A stretch of 64,000 nucleotides of DNA from contig NC_043008.1 in assembly GCF_006345805.1 (NCBI RefSeq), forward strand, positions 5,642,001-5,706,000, in the 5' to 3' direction. Within the stretch, counting starts at the first letter, position 1. Every line of letters begins with the position of its first letter. Under the pieces are notes generated by a model. That model saw only the letters and a list, made by a program, of their open reading frames with translations, was not told the DNA's origin and searched no databases. Positions 54,844-64,000 of the stretch are shown in pieces. Both the position numbers and the translations under genes were made by a program. The stretch is from Octopus sinensis. Its lineage: Eukaryota.

Positions 54844-55658
54844 TTAGGAACAGTATATCTCGAAGCACACATATAAACCCTTCGACTTTTTCTCAAAAGT
54901 TCTTTTCAACCGCGTATTTAAATGCTTTTATTTATAGTTTTATTATCATTTCAGCCTCAGTTCTTGATCGTTACTTTATTTTTTTTATATACACCGGAAA
55001 GACGGACACAATTTGATCATTGGAGTTAAAAGGTCCCGAACAAATAACACAAGAAATTTTGTCCGATTCTCTTAGAGCTATTGCCAACTCAACAATCATT
55101 TTTGTTCGCAACAATTTCCTTGATAAAACTGAAGAAATTACAAAACATTTAGACAGACAATAAGAAACAGACAATTTTATTAAAACTTCGACTTTCTCGT
55201 GGAGAGGTCAATAGGTGGCATTGCTATCGGATTGTTTAATTTATGATAACATTTCTTGACATTTTCAACCCTTGCCAAATATCTCCCCGGATAATAGTCG
55301 TTTCATATTTATTTGGCAGATTATATGTCTCTTGTGTAGCAAGAATCTCTTATCTCTTGCAAGAAGTGCTTTTTAAGAAACCTTTAATACATTTGTCGCC
55401 ATATTGTCGTCGGTAGATACTATTCACTGTGGAAATATAATTTTTATTGCCTTGTCATTCTATTTTTGCGGTGGTGATGCGTTCGAAGTATTATCGTTAC
55501 TTTTGTCGATAATTATTTTATGACATGAGACGCTGAATACTAACTTTTCTTTAAACACATCCGACATATTTTAGCTAACAATATCACGTTTATTGAAATA
55601 ATTTCCCGCTTTCTTCTAAACGCTCTTACATGGCTTTATTATCACATTTATTGTTCTA

Positions 55659-56048
55659 CTAGCAGTATCGCCCAGCGTTGCTCGGGTTTGTTTCGACCCT
55701 TTAGACTTGGAATTTTTGAAAATTAAAATTTTGCATTATGTAGCTTCTTATTCTCTTTAAGTGAACATTTTTCTGGTTGAAATACACCGAAAAATGGCGA
55801 CACAGCAGTCAAAAAATCGTAAAAAATAGGGATTTTCATAGAAAAAAACACCTTTTTGATGTAAATAATTTTTGGTGTTAACATGGTTCGATTTGAAATT
55901 TTTCTTCTTCGGAAGGAAAAGCAAGCCTTTTTCTATCATACTCTCAATTTTGGTCAACTTGCGCCACAGGGTCTCGGAGGAGGTAGTGTTAGTTGAAGGC
56001 TACCAAACCTGCCATACACAGGCAACTTCTGCTTTATATATATATAGA
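55659..56048 (-). mobile_element. Non-autonomous Helitron
   Basis: Colinear with 8284-8673, same termini. Confidence 0.87.
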
Positions 56049-56287
56049 TATTCAAATCCTATTTGAAATCATAATGATATGGCCTTATATAAAGCTTCAA
56101 AATGAATATATTTCCAGAGAGATCCTAAGAGACTGTCCGTGTTTATAAGTTTAGTCATCATGAGGATTCGAGAAGTTTGACGTTTCGGATTAAGTTCGTC
56201 AGTATAGTGTGATGAAGTAACGACCAGTGAAACTGAAAATACAAAAACAAAACAAAACAGCAACAACAACAAACGGAAGGAATATAT

Positions 56288-56517
56288 CTATTTCTTTATT
56301 GCCCACAAGGGGCTAAACACAGAGAGGACAAACAAGGACAGACAAACGGATTAAGTCGATTACATCGACCCCAGTGCGCAACTGGTGCTTAATTTATCGA
56401 CCCCGAAAGAATGAAAGGCAAAGTCGACCTCGGCGGAATTTGAACTCAGAACGGCAGGCGAAATACGGCTACGCATTTCGCCAGGCGTGCTAACGTTTCT
56501 GCCAGCTCGCCGCCTTT
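56288..56517 (-). mobile_element. SINE family C, full length
   Basis: 16-bp TSD AACG(G/A)AAGGAATATAT at 56272-56287 and 56518-56533. Confidence 0.92.
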
Positions 56518-57124
56518 AACGAAAGGAATATATTATCATACAAGAAGGAACAACGATTCTAGCAGACCGACTGAACTCATCATACAACAATCTTGTGGTG
56601 TGGTCACTTAGTATTCGGTTTGTTACTTCAGTTCATGATTGTGACTGAAAGCAACCATTCAAAAATATCGTTTTTTTCAGTTTGGTTTTCAAAATTAATC
56701 TTTTTTGTTGCATGTTTTTCTAATGTATCTTTTCTCTAGTGTAGTATCTTCTGCAATAAGCAAAAGCCGTTTTCTCATTAATATGGCTACTTGTTATGCC
56801 TAACCTTACAAGAGATATCATTCCTTCTCTCTTATCTGATCCATTGTGCAATTTTAATACGTTCCACGCTTTGTCTCTGAATGTTCCCGGAATATATTTG
56901 AATCTATTTGTCTTTCAGTATTTTGAATGGAGTTTTAAATTTCTCCCATAGAATATTTGTTATTCATCTGCAATATGTAAGGAACGAAACGTTTATTTGA
57001 CAGGTCAAATTTGATGGATCGCTTCCAGAATCAAATGCATAAATGTTTATTGCTCCTAAATATTGTATTTAAAAAAAAATATTTGCTTTCCCTCTTTTTT
57101 TAAATCGCTCTGGAAAAATAAATC

Positions 57125-57172
<48 letters not shown>

Positions 57173-57351
57173 CCTCATCTTTCAATTTAGTTTCTATTTC
57201 TTGTCGAGTGTCCCCTCGACACCTAGGGCAAAGAACTTACTATATACATTGGTAGGGCATTAAAATAAAAACACCAGATTGCTCACTTACAAAGTCATAT
57301 GATAGAAAAAAGGGGAAGAAACAAAGAAAGAAAAAGGAAAGAAGAAAAAAT

Positions 57352-57531
57352 AGGTGCCAAGCTGTATCGGCTCCTTTGCCTTTCCCTTGGATAACATTGG
57401 TGGCGTAGAGAGGGGAGGTCGGTATGGATGAGCGATTGCTGGTCTTCCATAAACAACCTTGTTCAGACTTGTGACTAGGAGGGTAACTTTCTAGGTGCAA
57501 TTCCATTGTCATTTATGACCGAAGGGGTCTC
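57352..57531 (+). mobile_element. SINE family D, 3' half
   Basis: Colinear with 30960-31143. Confidence 0.88.
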
Positions 57532-60432
57532 AGCATATTATAACGAAATACTGTGTCCTTGTCAGTAATTAATATTTATGAACCAGTTGCCAAGAATGTG
57601 CTTAATATGTAAATTGGTCTATCCAATAGCATTAAACCGCTAAACTTAGAGGGTATTTAAGCAAGGCGTTCGTGGACAGTTGATGGATTGGATGTGGTGC
57701 TGATGAAATAACAATAACTCTTGAAATATGCATGTACATATATTGCTTATTTTTTCTATCTTCGGTCGCATTGTTTACATAGACATATTCGTTACGAAAC
57801 GCGGTAACTTTCAGTGTTAGCTCTGAATTCTATAGAAAATTTGTAGAGATCAACTTAAAAATGTACATACTGAGCAAAATCCTAAGTGGCATTTCGTTCG
57901 AATTTACATTTGAGGTCGTCTTTGCCTTTCTTCTTTACGGGGTCGATAACATAAGTACCAGTCAAGTACTGTTGCTAATGACGTTGACCGACACTTTCCT
58001 CTAAAAAAATTCTGGACCCGTGTCAAAATTTATAGCCATTGTTTCCATATTATGTTTATGACATGTTACGTACTGACCATTCGAATGGTTGTGTTCGTAA
58101 GATCACAATATTTAGTTTACTCTATTTCGTCCTGCCCATTTTTGGAAGCAGTTTTTTCTGCTACTTTTATGTTGAGTGTGTTGTAGTTGGAATCATCAGC
58201 TTTGTTTGAGATCGTTTGCATTATAAGTCTGGTTTGTATTTTTCGTTTCATTTTCCATATAAACACATTGAATTAAATTCAATTCGAGTCATAAATCAAA
58301 TGACATATAAAGCTGAACAAATTGAACAATAATAATATTTTGATACGGTTTCTTATTTTGAATTTATCAGAAATCGTAATGAAACAATTGGCTACACATC
58401 TATTTGTGCAGTGAACGAGAGAATAGGTTAGAATTTTAAAACAGGTGATAGGAACGCTAAATATTCGATTAAGCTAGTTTGTGAAACAACTATCTCACAT
58501 TTTAATCTTTAATAACGTTTATTTTTAGAGAATTATACTTTACGGTTGGAATCTTGTTCTTCAAAAAAATTTCATTTGGCTTACCTTTAATTTCTGTAAA
58601 AAAGTATAACAAATCTTCCATTACTGTCAGCACGACGGAACGAGCCTTCTCCAAACACCCCTATTTGCTCGCCTTCCTCCTGGTTCCCCTCGGGTAAATT
58701 CCCATCGTTATCATGTCATTTCAGAACATACTACAGCACGTGACCCTTCGTCTTTTCTCGGAGACTAAATACTTTAGAAACATGGCAAGAATCTTTTAAG
58801 TTATGCACAACTGAATAATTTCGTTACGAAAAATGTTTGTGGAAAATTTTGGTTACAAACCATTCTATCTCATTGAGTATATAATTCTTCTTATTCTAGT
58901 TATTAGAATGAGATAATATTAGAAAAATTATTGGAAGCCCTAAACTTTGAATTATTCAAGACAATTATTCAACCGCAGTACAGAAAAAAAAACCCAAATA
59001 ACAAACGATGATTGTAAATTCGTTTCAGCCACAATGGAAAATCATTCTGAACATTCTGTAGATGACAAATAATTTGGAAAATATGAACGTTCTTTTTGCT
59101 CAATTTAAAGGGGAATGCATAATCTCTTATTGATATAATTTTCTCAAAGATACTACCGTGATTTATTGCATCATTATAATATTAACCAAACACAATTTTC
59201 GAAACCATTCCCCAGAGAGTTATGATTGTAGAAAACGACAAAAGGGATTTCACGTTGCGGTTGAAATGACGTTTGATTCATTCGTAGTATGTTTGATCTT
59301 TTTTTTGTATTCAACTTTTTTCAGCTACATTTCTTAAATAATTCGATATTTTGGGTTTCCAATAAATATTCTCGTACGCTCTACGTAAAATAATTACAGT
59401 AAAAACATTATAGCATGCAATGAAACCGACATCTTGCTTGAACAATTTCCCAAATAATCTCGCAAACAAAAACAATTTCAATCTTCTGATACTATTATTG
59501 CTCTATGTTATTTAAGATGTTATGTTGCCCAATATATTTTTATGTTTACGAAGAATTATGAGAGAATTATATTTCCTATATTATCTATTAAGCCACAAAC
59601 TAAAATTTTAGTGATGCAGATTAACGGTTTTTAGATTTTTGAAATATTCCATCTCACGGCCATAGTATTCTTTTTTCAAAATTATTATTGATAAATACTT
59701 TATAATTATATATTTGATGCATACTTCTTTACATTTAAGTTATGTTTCTTACAGATTTCAAGTGAAATTCAATCTTTTTGAAGTATAGGATTCCATCTGT
59801 AAATCTTGGCTATGAAAATATTTGTTTTGGATCGAAACATTGAAATATTTGCTCCATTAAATGTTTAGTCATGTTTTCCATTCTTTTTAAGTTTTAATTT
59901 TATCTGTCAATATATTGCTAATAATTCCGTCCTTTTTCAGGAAAGGCCAGTGAAATTATTCAGGTTATTAAAGATCCCTTTCGCAGATAATCAGACATTT
60001 CCAATTCAAGGGCCGGTAAATACTGGAGACTGTTAAAGGTGCAAATATTTCTCGTGTTCTCGTGATTGGTTATAACAGAGGGTGGTTTTCTGTGCATTGC
60101 CATACGGAGTTGATGTCAATGATGATTTCTTTCAAGAGTTATATGTAGTTAGACACATCTGTTGCATGCACAAAGAGGAGTATAGAACATCTGTACGTTG
60201 TTGATGAAATGTGAGTGCCCCAGAATGGCCGTAGTTAATGACTGAAACAAATAAAAGGTAAAAGATAAGAAATGTGAAGGAATATAGCAAAAAACGTGAA
60301 GGGAAAACTCAAGGAATGTGATGAAATATATCATTTTTCAGTGTTCCACTTAACTCTCTCACATGGAATTAGGATAGGTTGTATAGAATAAAAGAACACT
60401 GAAGATATTGGCTGACTGAACTATCAGAATGG

Positions 60433-60641
60433 TTAAAGAGCTAAGGTTAGGGTGATCTGGAATAAGTAGATGGTCATATATAGAAACCCGACTGTAACAG
60501 AATTATATCTCGATACGAATATAGATATATGACAAATATTATCAGTTCTTTCATAAAGTCGACAACTTATTACGTTTTTAGCTCGTCTCCTTATCTTTAT
60601 ATAGTGATCTTCTTCGTGGAAGTTGTGGTTACTATACTGAG
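60433..60641 (-). CDS. Candidate second coding exon of a small secreted precursor
   Basis: T-rich acceptor ...GCTTTTTGTTACAATTAG, phase 1, open for 68 codons: QYSNHNFHEEDHYIKIRRRAKNVISC...; no homology recognised. Confidence 0.3.
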
Positions 60642-61255
60642 CTAATTGTAACAAAAAGCAAAATAAAAACAAGCAAAAAACCCAAACGAAACAAAACAAA
60701 AAAAAAAGCCAACTTATTTCTTGATAGCTTTGTATTTTTGCAGTTGAGGAGAGTTAGAGCATGAAGATAAACTCTGAAACAATTAGCATTCAGTTTCGAG
60801 TTAAATGTGTATTTACTAAACAGTACAAAATTCTAATCACTTTTCACATATTTTTCCTGAACTAAACTAAGTTAATGGGAATCTATAATTGTGTATCAAA
60901 GTGCAGTGAGAGATAATAATAACGTAGGAAATAATGTTCTTTGAGAAACCACTATCATAACTGTTCCTTTACTGCCACATAAGAATGGTCATTTAGCTAC
61001 ATTCAGCTTGTTGCCTTAAAACTGAAAACTGCTGTTTCGGAAGAGAACTGAAATCACAATATCATATTGACGGTAGCTATACGTAGTTTCCTTTTGGTTA
61101 TCTCAGTAAAATATAGACGTTAGATTAATTCGAATGTGTCGTCTAAAAGAGGTTTTGAATAAAATCAAAATATTCTAATCGAAACCTATTTTATTTTATT
61201 GGTCGACGGAATATGTGAACTACACAGGGCTGTAGATATTCCTGAAACCCCTCAC

Positions 61256-61322
61256 AGTCTACAGGATCCATACTGCAAAGTGTATATATGATCAAGCATG
61301 AAATGATTAAAACCTTCATCAT
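61256..61322 (-). CDS. Candidate signal-peptide exon
   Basis: MMKVLIISCLIIYTLCSMDPVD; upstream acceptor TTTGCTTTTTAG (exon start 61351), phase-1 donor GTGAGG at 61255. Confidence 0.35.
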
Positions 61323-62011
61323 AATTACAAAAAGGAGAATAAGATGAGACTCTAAAAAGCAAATAATTAAATCAAGAACAACAACAACAACAAAACACAA
61401 ATATAGCTGCCTTGGTATATTAAGAATGTTCCATTTCAGGTTTGGAAAAATATAGAAGGGATGGTATATATTATTTAACTTTATTGATACATCAATGAAA
61501 TAAGAGAATAAGACGAAAATCGAATTACAGTGTCACTCTTAAAGATTTATGTTTCATAGTGAAGCGTGAAATTGCTAAACATAAAGAAGGGTTTCCAATT
61601 AAGATCTTCATTATGATAACATAGCATATTTCAAACATGTTACATAACTAAAAAGAAAACTAAATCAACAAATTCACTGAAAACAAAATGAATAAATTAA
61701 CTTAAGAAAAGATAAAGGAAGGAAAAAAGCAAATACGCGATAAACGAAGGGAAATATAATTAAACTTCTTAGAATTAGTAAGCATTCTTTATGTTAAGCA
61801 TCTATTATGGACATATTAGCCTTTCTATGTTGTTTTAAGGATAATATGGAAGTGAACAACTCTTCATTGTTAAAGAAAAACTTCATAATTTATCGGTTGA
61901 ATGCAGACATCTTTGTTTTGGAGAAATGAATATATAAATATATATATGTATATATATGCATGTTTGTGTGAGCGTCTCCCAGCATTTGTTTACATATATG
62001 TGTAGTGTATA

Positions 62012-62043
<32 letters not shown>

Positions 62044-62271
62044 AATGTATATTTATATGTGTGTATGTACATACACCACGCACACATATTTATAAATTCT
62101 CTCTCTCCTCTCTCTCTCTATATATATATGAGTATATGTATATACATACATACATATATACACATACATACATATATACATACATTATATATACATACAT
62201 ATATATATATATGTTTATATATATATATATAAATATATATATATACAATATATATATATATATCTATATAT

Positions 62272-62303
<32 letters not shown>

Positions 62304-62771
62304 CGCTTACTTCTGATGAAATAATTATGCGTATGTATATGTGTGTGTTTATGTAATATTGAATTTCCTAATTATAAAAATGCAAAAAAGATAACCAGAT
62401 ATAGTATTAACAAAACAAAAAGACCAAATGACAGTTTGAATAGAAGCACAAGAGAAACGTCTTTATATACGAAAATTATCAGGTTTTAAAGACGAACGCT
62501 GTAGGCTTAAGAATACCCTATCGAAGATGCCATTCAAAAATACACCGAAATAAAAAAAAACATAAGCAACAACCAGTTATTTAGAAATAATGAAACAGTC
62601 TATGAATAGCATATGATAGCGTAAATGCTGCAAATGATCGACAATTTAAAGAAGCTAACGTTGATAATGCTAGTAATACTCATAAAAGATTTATCTACCC
62701 AGGAAGATATCAATAACAGTAATACGTAATAAATATAATAAATGAACATTTCTTCTACCTTGTTTTAATTT

Positions 62772-62832
62772 TTACATTCACAGAGAAATTTTTACTTTCA
62801 CAGAGAAATTTTTACTTTCATAGAGAAATTTA
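62772..62832. repeat. 20-bp tandem repeat, 3 copies
   Basis: Unit TTTACTTTCACAGAGAAATT with single substitutions. Confidence 0.9.
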
Positions 62833-63310
62833 TATATCTGCCTTTCAATTTTTTAAATTGAGGCTATTCTTCTAAGCTGAATTTTCAGTCGGTTTCTCAA
62901 AACGACACGAGATAATTCCTTGGAAATATCTAAGTGCGTTTTAAACTCTTCCAGCTGTGTTTATCACAGTGTTTTGGGGGTTGACACAAAAGGAATATAA
63001 GAAGTATAAGATATCCTTATTATAGTTTAACAATAAGAAATAAGGAATATATCGAAAGTTCATTTTCGATTCATCATATGTTTATTTTTGAAAGCTTGTA
63101 GAAAGTGACGGTGCAAAGGAAAAACAATAAAGGAATATCAGAAAGTTCTGTTCATAGTAATGACTGGATTGCACAGCTTTCATGGCTGTGCATAGATGAA
63201 AGAGATGCATAGATGAAAGCTGCGTTCTGTTCCCTTTTTATCATTTGCCAGTCTTTCTCAGTCTCTGACAGCCTATTTGTCGTTCGCTCCCCTCTTCTGC
63301 ACTGTCTCTC

Positions 63311-63477
63311 TGCCTCACTAAAGCTTGACTCTCCTTTTATAAGCTAAGTTAGCTTAATCAAAGCTTGACTAATTAGAAGTCAATAACTGTTAATGACTCA
63401 GTATTTTTACTGATGTCAGTCAAATAAATTTGACGCGTAGTTGCTGAATTTGATTAGGATTTGCAGGGCGACGTCAC
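63311..63477 (-). promoter_or_regulatory. Candidate Pol II promoter: TATA box with AP-1/CRE-like cluster
   Basis: TATAAAAG at 63341-63334, CA initiator with A exactly 30 nt downstream (63311), TGACTCA 63394-63400, TGATGTCA 63411-63418, TGACG 63431, GACGTCA 63470-63476. Confidence 0.45.
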
Positions 63478-64000
63478 TCAATTTGAAAGATCCAGTTTTT
63501 GTTTATGAAAGTTTTCCTAACTGAAAAATCCCAGCCAGAGTTCAAATTGAGGCAGAAACTTTTTATAATACTCAGAGGTTTTGTATGCAGCAACAAGCGA
63601 AATCAAGATGCAAAAGTTGACGTGTTCTGCAGAGAAATTGCGGTTAGACATCAAATGGGAAAACTTTAAAGTGGTTCGTAACTTGCACACGAAATGTGGA
63701 AAAATATGAGTTGAAAGTCAGATATAGTTCAAGGCCAGAAATATAGATCTTATGTGCCAGTTGAGAGATTCTGAACTACTGTATGCAGGTTCGAAATTTC
63801 CCCAAGACGCCTGATATCCGTCAATTGTAAATAATGTATTGTACGCATGAAACCGAGTGCGTATCCAAGTGAGTCTAATGAACAATAAATATATATATTA
63901 ATATATATATATATATTAAAATATATATATTAAAATATATATATTAAAATGAAGGCAACTAAAATGTTGCAAAGAGACACATCTGTTCAAGGCGCACTGG

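Noticed and set aside
55017-55163. Helical-looking frame SLELKGPEQITQEILSDSLRAIANS...
   Set aside because: Bounded by stops, no start or splice support, no family recognised

Overview
AT-rich, repeat-dominated eukaryotic DNA with no long coding ORF. The extreme microsatellite density and the tRNA-derived SINE families resemble octopus (coleoid cephalopod) DNA; this is an inference, not a lookup. Nearly all ORF-track entries are translations of microsatellites or SINEs. Supported content: four SINE families (several with target-site duplications), non-autonomous Helitrons, mariner and hAT MITEs, and relics of RTE/BovB-like, R4/Dong-like, CR1 and Penelope-like retroelements. Most notable: (1) five hammerhead-ribozyme-like motifs, the best a near-canonical type I fold at 40897-40960 (-); (2) many long inverted repeats (2272-2545, 21834-22316, 25958-26483, 28932/31607, 41896/44910, 43990/44790) that could form dsRNA; (3) a candidate minus-strand transcription unit with a TATA box and bZIP-site cluster near 63340, a signal-peptide exon, and further well-formed splice sites. 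No gene is recognised by name and no novel system can be claimed from sequence alone.
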